From assembly GCA_030390025.1 (NCBI GenBank), contig CM059432.1:57786001-57850000 (forward strand): a DNA stretch of 64,000 bases. The letters run 5' to 3'. Positions 24,844-36,889 of the stretch are shown in pieces (within the stretch, counting starts at the first letter, position 1; the number at the start of each line of letters is the position of its first letter). A program made the position numbers and the translations under genes. Source of the DNA: Squalus acanthias. Lineage: Eukaryota. Under the pieces are notes generated by a model. It saw nothing but the letters and a program-made list of their open reading frames with translations, did not search any database and was not told where the DNA came from.

Positions 24844-24970
24844 ATGCACCATGGTGTGGAGTAAAGAGCACTCATGCAGGTGCTAAATTTGTGAAAACAA
24901 CCTTTCCGACAAAGAAGAAGTGGGAAGAGGGATACTGCCTCAAGGACCGGAATGAACCGTGTCATATTAT
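24844..24970 (+). CDS. TATDN1: TATDN1 coding exon (127 nt): (D)[41 protein letters not shown](I)
   Basis: aag / gtgagt boundaries; DAPWC and RNEP TatD motifs. Confidence 0.96.
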
Positions 24971-26739
24971 GTGAGTACCTGTACCAAGGATAGTTTCCAC
25001 AAACCTGACTCAAATGCTCAACATGTTTTGTGTCCATGCATTTTGTTGGGACTATCTCTCAAGATGATTATTGTAAATGAGGGACCATTAGGGACATATT
25101 TCCAAGACACCACATACACTAGAGCTTGATAATGTGTGAACAAGAAACAGCTATTCAGCATGCTTCATTACCCAGATCGTATTTTGGCATCCAATAGCAT
25201 CACTTTGTTTCCTAGATGGGGAATATATCTAGTTTCCTTCCCTGTGCTTCTTCCAAGGTAGAATGCAATGCACTAGGCACAATCGTTCCACAAGTTGCTA
25301 AATGTACACACAAAAAAGTTATTTCTTAAGTTCCTCTAATTCTTAAACTATCAATCTCTGATCCAGGGAATCAGGTACACAGCTTACAAATTGGGGACAA
25401 ATGCTCAAAAAAGGAGAAACACGTTGTCTGTGCATGCCAATTTTCGCAATTTAAGTAGGGAATCTATCTATAATACAAGTGCTGTGAACATGTACACTTC
25501 TTCTTTAGACACCCTTTATTATTTCCTCCTGACATGTTCTTTTTACTGTCCTTGCCCCTCTCTCCTAAACTATACCTATCTAAACTTACTTTAAGTCTTC
25601 CCAGCTCCTATTTCCACCGAAGGTGGTACTGCCTGAGGTGTCCTTGGCCTCTCGCCTCACCTGGCTCCCTCCAGCCCTTGCCATCACTCCAAGCCCCCAA
25701 CAGACAGTCCCAGCACTTAACCAGTTGGTTCCCTGTCTTCCCCCTCGCGGTACTATCCTGCCACTCCCATCTACCCTGAGCACCCATTCTTTTTACGTGC
25801 TCCTTCTGATCGCCTCTTGCTGCTCCCACTCTCCTGTCCCAAGAGCCTTATCTTCCTCCCCCTGCCACTCTCGCTTCTTTTTACCATGTCACTGCTTCCA
25901 AACCAACAACTCGTATCGGCCAAATCGCGTTAACTATTTCCACTAGCATAGGTGTCAATTACAAAGGCGTGTTAAGCGGGCCGGCTATTTCAGGCAGTTC
26001 AAGCAGCTGTTACCTGTCATTAAGTCCTTTCAGGCAGCCCCAAGTGATAAACGAGTGACAGAGTTGGCTGAAAACTCGAGTTGCATTTACAGTACCAGCT
26101 GTAGTGGTGAAACTGACCAGATCGCTGCATATTTCAGCCCTCCATAGCTGAATAAGGCTTATAGGTTCCACCTCACATTGCTTGTCTGTAGCCAGGAATA
26201 TTTTCCACAAGTATAATTAGAAGAAATTTTACCAATATAGAAGCCCAGAATTCCTCTTCCAATCACCAACAGCAAATTCTGCCTGGGAGTGGGAGAGAAG
26301 TGGAGAGACTGCCTGCAAAGGGGAATTTTCTGACCGCTACTTCAGAGAATCACCTCCGTGCGAACGAGAGAGGGGGTGGGAATCTGAACTCCTATCACAG
26401 AGCTGACGGTACTTAAACAACGAGTCAAGTTTCAATTTCTGAAGTTGTAAAAATCTAAACCGATAAACTGGCCATCGCAAATAACAGGCAAATCGCATTC
26501 GCACGAACGCACCCGCTACAAACGATGGGAACTGTACCTAACCCTCCCCACAGGATCCTACCATGTCTTACCACTCTCACCCAAGCCTTTCCCCATACTT
26601 GCCACTACTGATCCGTCCCCAACAAAATCCCCGTCAGTGTGCTTCTCAGCCACAGCCACAACCAGCTTTTCACTGTTCCCACCCTAAGGATTCCCCTTCA
26701 CAATACTGCAAACCCAGTTTCCTATCTTCAAGGTTCCAC

Positions 26740-27142
26740 GGCCTGCCACTGCCATTCAAGTGCTACCACACCTCAAGGCACCACTCCCACCACTAGCTTA
26801 AACATCCACTCCATTGGTGTACTGCAGCAACTCCCGAGCACCTCCAAAATCCGTGACCTCCACCACCTAGGACAAGGGAAACAGGTGAATAGGCACACCA
26901 TCACCTCCAAATTCCCCTCCATGTCACACACCATCCTGACTTGGACATATATCACCGTCCTTTCATTGTCGCTGGGTCAAAATCCTGGAACTCCCTATCT
27001 AACAGCACTGTGGGAGCACCTTCACCACACGGACTGCAGCTGTTCAAGAAGGCCCACCACCACCTTCTCAAGGGCAACTAGGGATGGGCAATAAATGCCG
27101 GCCTAGCCAGCAATGCCAACGTTCCGAGAATGAATTAAAAAA
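26740..27142 (+). mobile_element. CR1-clade LINE 3' fragment
   Basis: Similar to 55600-56010. Confidence 0.75.
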
Positions 27143-27516
27143 GTAAAGTTGTGCTCTCCTGGAGATACTCTACCTTGCGGGGGAGGGAAACTAGAATCCG
27201 ATACATGCAGAAACAGAGACGAAAGTAATGTAGAGGAAGCTCGTGCCAGTTAAACTCAGGAAATGAACTTTTCTATTTCAATGTATATGAATATTCAGCT
27301 GTAAGACAGACCATCAGTTGTGACCAAAACTAGCTTTTCTGAAACATACTGCTGCAGAATCTTGGCAATCTTTCATATAGAACATCTTTATTATGCTAGC
27401 AAAACTAATTCAAGAACACAAAATCCGAGTAGGTTTAGAAAGATATGGTTTGCCAATATTAACAGTCTCTAATTACCAGTTACATTAGTCCATACTAATT
27501 ATTTTTTCCTTAATAG

Positions 27517-27619
27517 TCAAATATTGGAGATAATGGCTGCAGTGCGAGAAGAGGACACACGTGAACTGAGCAACACTATGTACAATAATACTGTAAAGGT
27601 GTTCTTTCCTGATAGTTGA
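27517..27619 (+). CDS. TATDN1: TATDN1 last coding exon: [33 protein letters not shown]
   Basis: ttttttccttaatag acceptor; matches recalled TATDN1 C-terminus; TGA at 27617-27619. Confidence 0.96.
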
Positions 27620-28420
27620 TCAGCAAGCATATCATTCTGATCAATTTGTTTTAAAATCGAAACAACTTAACGGGCAGCTAGCAGTGACACCCATTTCCAG
27701 GGGTACTACTCCCTAGTTTATTCTATTGTTCAAACTGGATGTTGAACTCAATGCACGAGCTACTATAGAGTCAATGTGAATTTACCCTCACCATTATCAT
27801 ACATTTTCTGTTGAAAGTGAGTGAAAATTGCTCACTTTGGTAACATAGGGAGATCCTTTTGAAAAGTTGCAATTTAGATAGGAGGGAAAAAATAGACTGT
27901 GCCTGTGATGCATGGACGGCAGCTTCCCTCCTACCTGAACAAGTCAAAAAGTATAATTAAACTGATATAATATTCAGTAAAGTACCTTAAAGTGGGATTT
28001 TTAAAAATATATATAGTACCTCAATGTATGAAATCAGCATATTGTACTATTGCTGTATTATTGTATTATAATCCTGATTGCTTACAACTTCGTTGTAATA
28101 CATCTCTGGCACAGAGATCAGTATTGATTAAATATCTAGCTCTTATGTAAAAGAATCGATGGTCAAGGATAAATTACAGTGGGTTTGTTTGGTTTGGAGC
28201 AGGATACGTGGCATAGTTCAGAACAAACAAGGAACCACATAGCATTAGTATGCAATTCTATCTGATCAGTTTTAGCATATACTGGATATATATATATGTA
28301 TTATGATCTGAAGATGTATTGCAGTTCCTCATGTTGAGCAGACCGTTGTAATTTAAGATTGTGCATATATGGATGAAGATGTTATGTTACAGTTTTGTTC
28401 TAGTGCCCGTTGAGACAAAA

Positions 28421-28571
28421 AATAAATGGTTGAAGATGATGTGGAACAATAGTTATCATGTTGTACAAAATCCATATTAATGACCCAACATTGGGACAAA
28501 ATTATTTCTGGAATCTTAAGATGTATGGGCAAATATTGCTAGATTAATATGATCATTTGTTTGAAAATAAA
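28421..28571 (+). terminator. Candidate TATDN1 polyadenylation signals (AATAAA at 28421 and 28566)
   Basis: Hexamers at the end of about 0.9 kb of AT-rich sequence after the stop; the second is followed by a T/GT-rich tract. Confidence 0.45.
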
Positions 28572-28751
28572 ACTCTCGTGCTTAACTATGATGCATTCTT
28601 TTGTGCTTAAAATTTCTTAAGTTGCATGTTCCACATGTTCAATGAAAACTACAGCTTACACCAAGTCACATTTTGAAACAATGTATTTTGATATTATAGA
28701 AAGGCACTATATAATTGCAAGTTCTATTACCCCTCTCACAAATGTCACAAT

Positions 28752-29573
28752 GAGCTGGATTTTGCTCTCAGGGCGAACGAACGGCACCAGCCATTCATTA
28801 CACTTGCACTTGCTATGGGATTTTGCACAGGAACTTATTATAAAATTAGAGAGCCAAAAAGATGCAGCACCCTCTACAGGGGATCTGGGACCTGTGTGAA
28901 CAGGGCAAGCAACTGTGTATCATCTTAACCAATCAGATTGAAGAATCGTTAATGAGCAGCGCAGTCTGAACCAGGAAGTGTCAGTTAGAATATTTAATTC
29001 AATGTCAATCAGGTACAGAAAGCAAAATCATGAGCGTAAGAAAGATGGGATTAAGAGAGAGATTAAAAAAAGGCAAAGAAAAAGTAAAAAAACAATTTAA
29101 TTTTTTTTTAAATCTTCACCAATTAAAATCTGAAGGAGTGAGACTCCACACTTGTTAATTTTCAGTGCCAGCAAAGTTGTTTGACAGTAATTAAGACTTA
29201 TCACAATATTAAAAGGGTACTTGCATGGGAATGGACAAGCCCTAACTTTTTCTGGCGAGTTTAGTGGGTATATATCATGCAAGTACATAGAACATAGAAC
29301 AGTACAGGCCCTTCGGCCCTCGATGTTGTGCCGAGCATTGTCCGAGACCAAGTACCGCAACTTCACATCATTCCATGTATTTCACTGGTGAGTCTCTTAG
29401 CGAGATACCATCATAGCACAGATTCTGGAAGAGCAGGGCAACTCGGACAGCAACTTCTGGATTTCCGCATTTAACTGTGCATCTGCAGTCACCGGACGTT
29501 GCTGTCCAATTTACACTTTAATAATGGTGAGCACTGTTAGCCTCACTGTTATTTCTACAGCAAAATCCAGCCC
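28752..29573. mobile_element. Harbinger-like MITE with AAT TSD
   Basis: TIRs gagctggattttgct / agcaaaatccagccc; aat on both flanks. Confidence 0.75.
29287..29348 (-). mobile_element. Very short 3' stub of the same CR1 family as 16577-20934
   Basis: Near-identical to 16575-16648; flanked by caagtac direct repeats (29280-6, 29349-55). Confidence 0.8.
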
Positions 29574-29659
29574 AATAAATAAGTGCAGTGAAGACAAATA
29601 CCACAACCAATTTAGCAAGATCCCATGAACAACAATCAATACAATTTTTTAATATTAGG

Positions 29660-31575
29660 GAAAAAAAGTGGGTGGTCAAGCAATGTGGGCCCCTTGAAAA
29701 CTGGTAACTGATGCTGTAAATGAAAATAAGGAAATGGCAGACATGTTGAATAATTACTTTGCGTCAGTATTTACAGTAGCTGAAGAGGATAGCATACCGG
29801 ACATCCCAAGGAAACTAATATTGAATCCGGGATGGGGACTCACCAAAATTAATGTAAGCAAAATAACAGTAATGAAGAAAATGGTACTAGTGACAAATCC
29901 TCAGGTCCACTAGGTTTCCATCCCAGGGTTTTAAAGGAAGTAGGCGAGAACTTTACAAATGCCCTAACTATAATCTTCCAAGTTCTCTCGATCCAGGAAC
30001 CGTTCCTTTAGATTGGAAAATGTCACTCTGCTATTTGAGGGAAACAAGGGCATTATAGACCAGTTAGCCTAACATCTGTTGTCCGGAAATTACTTATGTT
30101 ATTAAGGATAGAGTGATTGAACACCGTGAAAATTTTCAGCTGATCAGAGAGCATGAATTTGCAAAGGGTAGTTCATGCCTGATGATTGAATTTTTTGAAG
30201 ATGTGACTATAGTAGACAGGGGAATGTCTATGGATGTTATTTATATGGACTTCCAGAAGGCATTAGCTAAAGTTGAAGCTCATGAAATTGAAGCCAAATT
30301 ATTGACCTGGTTAGGAAATTGGCTGAGCGGCAGGAGACAGATTAGGGATAACAACAGAAAACGCTGGAAAAACTCAGCAGGCCAGGCAGCATCCGTGGAG
30401 AGAGAAAGTGAGTTAACGTTTCAGGTCGATGACCTTTCATCGACCTGAAACGTTAACTCTCTTTCTCTCTCCACGGATGCTGCCTGGCCTGCTGAGTTTT
30501 TCCAGCGTTTTCTGTTGTTATTTCGGATTTCCAGCATCCGCAGTATTTTGCTATCGTGACAGATTAGGGATAATGGGCAAGTACTCTATTTGGCAGGATG
30601 TGACGAGTGGTGTCCCATAGAGATCTGTGTTGGGACCTCAACTATTCACCATATTTATTAACAACTTAAGTGATGAGATAGAGAGCCACATAGCCAAGTT
30701 TGCTGATGACCCAAAGATAGGTGTCATTGTAAGCAGTGTAGATGGAAGCATAAAATTACAAATTAATAGATTAAGGGAATGGTGGGCAAAGCTGTGGCAA
30801 ATGGATTTTAATGTTGTCAAGTGAGGTCATCTACTTTGGACCTATAAAGGATAGATCAGAGTACTGTCTAAATGGTGAAATGCTAGAAACAGTGGAGGTC
30901 CAGAGACTATGGGGTTCATGTACATAGATTGTTAAAATGTCATGGACAGGTACAGAAAATAATCAAAATGGCTAATGGAATGTTGGGCTTTATATCTAGA
31001 GGACTGAAATACAAGGAGGTAGAAGTTCTGCTACAGCTATACAAAGCCCTAGTTAGACCACACATGGAGTACGGTATTCAGTTCAGTTCTGGGCGCCACA
31101 CCTTGGAGGGAGTGCAGCGTCCATTTACCAGAATTATACCTGGACTCCAAGGGTTAAATTGAGACATTACACAAACTAGGGTTGTATTCCCTGGAATTTA
31201 AAAGGTTAAGGGGTGATTTGAGTGAAGTTTTAAGATATTAAGGGGAACTGATAGGGTGGATAGAAACTATTTCCACTGGTTGGAGAGTGTAGGACTAGGG
31301 TACATAGCCTAAAAATTAGAGCCAGATCTTTCAGGAATGAAGTTAGGAAACACTTCTACACACAAAGGGTGGTAGAATTTTGGAACTTTTCCACAAATGG
31401 CAGTTGATGCTATGTCAGTTAATTTTAAATGAGATTGATAGATTTTTGTTAACCAAAGGTATCAAGGGATATGGGGCAAAGGCAGGTAGATGAAGTAAGG
31501 TCACAGATCAGCCATGATCTCATTGAATGGCAGAACAGGCTCAAGGGGCTAAATGGTCTACTCCTGTTTCTAATT
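29660..31575 (+). mobile_element. Old, degenerate CR1 LINE
   Basis: [34 protein letters not shown]1 3' UTR. Confidence 0.85.
30348..30557. mobile_element. Penelope-like 3'-terminal sequence inserted as a foldback
   Basis: 85-bp inverted arms (30348-30432 / 30437-30521) similar to 22156-22240; 16-bp direct repeat gacagattagggataa at both sides. Confidence 0.85.
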
Positions 31576-32689
31576 AGACAAATGACTAGTTTTTGGTGAT
31601 TAGGAGAATAATTCCCTGCTCTTCCTATTGTACCATGGGATCCTCAACATCCGCCTGAACCACAGAAACAGGCAATGTCTTGTTTAATGTCTCATTTGAA
31701 GGATTACATCAGACAATGCAGCCCTGGAGTGGGACTTAAACACACAACTTTTCAACTCAGGTGAGTGGTGCCAACTGAGCTAAGCTGATACATTTACAGG
31801 TTTTTGTGTTTTCTGCACTAGCAAATATGGCTTAATTGTACTAGTTTCAGGTATCAATCAATCAATATCCTGTTTTTCTTTAAATGGCAGTCTAGATAAG
31901 TAGTTATGGGACAACTTCAACTTTTCAATAAACAAAGCACCCTTGATAATGTTTCTGGAATAAAATTAGAATGCAGCTTCTCATGATGGTTTATTAAGTT
32001 TATCCAGTGATTAGATGATCAAAATCAGGATGGTTAGAGGTGCAACATTTTTATTGAATTAGAAAGAGGAAAATTGGCCAGGGTTCATGCTCTTTATTGC
32101 CATTCAGCAATTTGCTAGAAATTGCACGTGAATGTTGGGCTAGGACAAAATTGGGCTTAGCTGTGATGTTCCTGCAATTCAATGGCTTACTGACATTCAT
32201 AAGGCTTATAGATGAATAATGGCCTTATGGGTGAGGTCAGAACTACATATATATTTTAAAAAATTGAACAAAGACATGAATAAATAAGGTAGGTGGAAGT
32301 AAGCCACCACCCAATGAAGGACCAGAGTAAAAATCCTTGTGTGTTCTGGTAATGTGATTCAACACAAACCAAGACCAGACCCTGCTTCACCAGTGTGAAT
32401 TTTTACATTTTCCACAATTATGGCCTCTGAAGTGGAGGACATGGACAAGGGGGAATCATGTCACAGTTGAGGAGAAAGGGAAAAAGCATAGGAAACAGCA
32501 TGGAGCTGGTTAAGGATCACAACCACGACAAAGGAGACTCAGCTGAGGATAAAGGAGGAAACTTCAGGAACTCTGGTGTGGAAAGTAGAGGCATCAGAGC
32601 AGGTGCAATGGAGACAGAAATTAAGTCTTTACAGGAATTTGGGTGAGAGTCAGTGGGCCCATAATAAATATCAGTGGAAAGCCCATCAC

Positions 32690-32965
32690 CATAACTATAG
32701 AGATATAGGAAAAAATTTACAAGGATGGTATCAGAACTGAGAGCTTGTAGCTATTGAGACAGATTGAACAGGCTGAGGCTTTTTTCTGTAGAAAAGTGAA
32801 GACTTAGGAGACCTGATAGCAGTCTTTAAAATTATGTATGGGTTGGACAGGGTAGATGTGGAGAGAATGTTTCCACTTGTGGGAGAATCTAAAATGAGGG
32901 GCCATTAATACAAGATAGTTACTAACAAATCCAACAGGGAAATGAGAAATTTCTTTACTCAGTGG
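32690..32965 (+). mobile_element. Degenerate CR1 C-terminal fragment
   Basis: agattgaacaggctgaggcttttttct..atgtttccacttgtggga CR1-like sequence. Confidence 0.65.
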
Positions 32966-34437
32966 TTAGAATGTTTCAATAAGATCGCCTCTCATTCTTC
33001 TGAACTCCAATGAGTAGAGTCCCAATCTACTCAACCTCTCCTCGTATGTCCACCCCCTCATCCCCGGAATTAACCGAGTGAACCTTCTTTGTACTGCCTC
33101 GAGAGCAAGTATGTCTTTTCTTAAGTATGGACACCAAAACTGTATGCAGTACTCCAGGTGCGGTCTCACCAATACCCTATACAACTGCAGCAATACCTCC
33201 CTGTTTTTATATTCTATCCCCCTAGCAATAAAAGCCAACATTCCATTGGCTTTCTTGATCACCTGCTGCACCTGCATACTAACTTTTTGATTTTCTTGCA
33301 CCAAGACCCCCAGATCCCTTTGAACTGCAGTACTTTCCAGTTTCTCGCCATTAAGATAATAACTTGCTCTCTGATTTTTCCTGCCAAAGTGCATAACCTC
33401 ACATTTTCCAATATTGTATTGCATCTGCCAAATCTCTGCCCACTCACCCAGCCTGTCTATATCCCCTTGTAGGTTTTTTATGTCCTCTTCACTCTCTACT
33501 TTCCCTCCCATCTTTGTATCATCTGCAAACTTTGATATGTTACACTCGGTCCCCTCCTCCAAATCGTTAATATAGATTGTAAAGAGTTGGGGACCCAGCA
33601 CCAACCCCTGCGGAACACCACTGGCTACTGGTTGCCAGTCCGAGAATGAACCATTTATCCCAACTCTCTGCTTCCTGTTAGATAACCAATCCTCCACCCA
33701 TGCCAGAATATTACCCCCAATCCAGTGATTTTTTATCTTGAGTAATAATCTTTTATGTGGCACCTTGTCGAATGCCTTCTGGAAGTCTAAATACACTACA
33801 TCCACTGGTTCCCCTGTACGTTATGTCCTCAAAGAACTCGAGCAAATTTGTCAGACATGACTTCCCCTTCATAAAGCTATGCTGACTTTGTCCTATTAAA
33901 TTATGTTTATCTAAATGTTCCGTTACTGTCTCCTTAATAATAGACTCCAAAATTTTACCCACCACATCTGTTAGGCTAACTGGTCTATAATTTCCAGCCT
34001 TCTGCCTACAACCCTTTTTAAATAAGGGTGTTACATTAGCAGTTTCCAATCTGCCAGGACCTTTGCTGAGTTCAGGGAGTTTTGGAAAATTACCAAAGCA
34101 TCCACAATTCCTACTGCCACTTCTCTCAAGACCCTAGGATGTAAGCCATCAGGTCCAGGGGATTTATCCGCCTTGAGTCCCATTATTTTACTGGAGTACC
34201 AATTCCTTAGTAATTTTAATCGTATTTAGCTCCTCCCCCACTAGAGCCCCCTGTTTGTCCAGTGTTGGGATATTCTTAGTGTCCTCTACCGTAAAGACTG
34301 AAACAAAATATTTGTTCAGCATTTTTGCCATCTCCATGTTTCCCACCATTAATTTCCCGGTCTCATCCTCTAAGGGACCTACGTTTGCCTTAACCACCCT
34401 TTTTCTTTTTATATAACTATAGAAACTCTTGCTATCT
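32966..34437 (-). mobile_element. Internal CR1 ORF2 fragment (RT)
   Basis: 279-aa ORF with [21 protein letters not shown]; upstream NYRPVSLT. Confidence 0.92.
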
Positions 34438-34590
34438 ATGGAGCTATCACTCAGGCTGGGTCACTCACTTCAGAAAAGAGTAGGGAAAAATAAAAACAGG
34501 TTGTACTCATGGCAAGATCCTTTCTTTAATGGCAAGTAGATGTCTGAAGAGGCTGGCATTAATTTTTTTATATTAAACACACCCAGCAAC

Positions 34591-34630
34591 TTTATTAATA
34601 AAGAATTTTATGTAAGTCAAACTTTTTATT
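34591..34630 (-). terminator. Candidate RNF139 polyadenylation signals (AATAAA at 34630-34625 and 34596-34591)
   Basis: tttatt hexamers about 330-370 nt past the stop. Confidence 0.5.
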
Positions 34631-34957
34631 TCATGTACAGTATACACAAATTTTACGGTTGCACAAGAGGCCAGCAGTTTTTAAAGAGGTAAACAGTACA
34701 ACAGCAGGTCATAATAAATAAGTTGGCTGAAAACCATTACTTGCCCATAACCAGTGTCTTTTCACAGCTGTTGTGCTTTGCCTATTCTGCACTCCAGCGA
34801 GAAGTGGAATGTAATTCATTTCCTAACCCCTTTTGATCACTGGTCTGTCGTAACTTTGAACAATCACCCAAGCAAAAGAAAAATCACTTTCTTCCCTGAT
34901 GTTTGATTGGCAGTCTTTTTTTTTTTAAGTTGCAACACATCTCTACAATCAGCAGCC

Positions 34958-36792
34958 TCACTCATCACTTGCATCTGTGTCATCATCGAGGTACTCATCC
35001 TCCACTCCTGCATTGCCGTTTTGAGTTGCCCACTCTTCTTCATCATACTCAATGCTATCATTGTCTTCATTGAGATCATTGTCGACATCAACAGCAGCAG
35101 CTGCCACCACCAAGTGTTCCACCACTTGTTGGTGCTGTGGAACATTTCCATTGTTATTGACAAATACTGTGCTTTCACTCTGGTTCTCCTCGATGTACAC
35201 TCCCTGATGGCACATGGGACATGTATCCTGAATGTACAGCCACTTGCGCAGGCAAAGGGCATGGAAATAATGATTGCAAGGTGTGATGCGTGCCGAAGTG
35301 GTGAACTCCTGGTAGCAAATTGCACACACATCACCAATGTCATGCAACCTGTTGCCTCTTACTTCTGGCAGGGAGTTAATTTTCTTAACTGCAGTCCTCC
35401 GGTTTATAAATGTTTTCCATCCATTTTTAGCTTGCAAATAAATGTTAAAGTAAGCATGTAAGCACATCATACAGGCACGAATTTTACTACCAGATTCAAA
35501 CATCATTGTGTAAGCTCCATTTCCAAACATTATCACTCCAAAAATGAACTCAATAACGTTGCCTGTTGAACGAACATAGTAAATGTAATCATCTAGTTTT
35601 TCCCATAACACATTGTAGTATCCATCAATTATAAACAGAGTGTACACAGTGAGGGAAACAATTACTTTTAAGCACAATTCAACACAGAATGCTGTCACAG
35701 CAAACAGCCAAGTGTTCAACGTGTGGACCTGCCACAAGGTGCAGCTGAGTACAATTGGAAGAATGAAAAGGCTAATGGAAACCATGAGAACAGGCAAGTG
35801 TCTTCTGAAGGAGGAAACATGGGAGGCACTAAGTGACATCAGCACAGGGTCTGTCATTCCATGGATGAAATGCAGGATTGCAGTCAACAGAAGGCACATG
35901 TTTCGACTGAGGCGAACTAGTCTTTCTTCAGGCTCCAGTCCACTCAAACCTGTCTGCAGAGCCAAAATGAAAAATAAAACTGGGGCCACAAACCCCAAGC
36001 GTTTATCTTCCTCCTCAGTAGATCCAATGAAGGCCAAGATTCCAAGTCCCAAGTAGTGTGCTAATGATGAGATGACTGCACTCATGCCAAGGACAGTCAA
36101 TGTTGAATCACACCCACTTATTATGAGATTGCAGAGCACTTCCCAGCTGTCACTCCAGGAAATAAAATAGCTTTTCTTCTCTGAATCACCCTGTGTTACT
36201 TTAACAACATAAACTAAAATAATGGCCTGTGCCATTAGTCGAGTCAACCAGAAAACCCTCAATACATCAGGAAAACGAATCCTCTTCCACGTGTCCTCCA
36301 CAATAACTTGTAATCCATATATACGATACATGTGTCGTACCAGCAAATAAACATATCTTATTGTATAATAAAACCATTTTAAATTCAGAGTTATGTAAAA
36401 TGCAGTCTGTGCTGTTATATACATGCCTGAAAAGGCAACTAACAGATTCTGAATGTCTTCTGGTAACTCCAAGGCCAGGCCTAGTATAGGCAGTAAGAAG
36501 TTTACCATGGTCAATGCAGAAAACACTGATGGAATGCTGAGTAATGTTGCATACCCAATACCAAATGTGAGCTGAACTGCAATAAGGGCCAACCATAATG
36601 TTGGGCCATTGCGTGGTAACAGCTGCATCCCAAACACTGCGGAGTAGTATGCATTGTAGAAGTCTATGTGGAGCGTTGTGTAGTAGTTCACTAGGACAGA
36701 AGTTGCAGCAAGTAGAACAACACAGCCAAACACGTACAGTCTGAAGAGTGCTCTTTGGGATAATACAAGGACAACACACGACACTAATAGAC
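34958..36792 (-). CDS. RNF139: RNF139 (TRC8) ER-membrane RING-H2 E3 ubiquitin ligase, large terminal coding exon
   Basis: Multi-TM region (WKRIRFPDVLRVFW, LFFILALQTGL, WEKLDDYIYY), RING-H2 CAICYQEF..PCNHYFHALCLRKWLYIQDTCPMCH, acidic tail; acceptor tctttttcag ending at 36793; the GTG start in the ORF track is not the real start. Confidence 0.96.
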
Positions 36793-36889
36793 CTGAAAAA
36801 GATTGGAAAAAATATCAATTAAATTTAATTTCAGAATACATTACATACAATTCCATAAGCATTTTCACTTGAAATCATTCTTACAAGAT

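Noticed and set aside
34864..36818. Alternative-frame and antisense ORFs over RNF139 (159, 184, 138, 183 aa)
   Set aside because: Shadows of the real coding exon with no recognisable domains.
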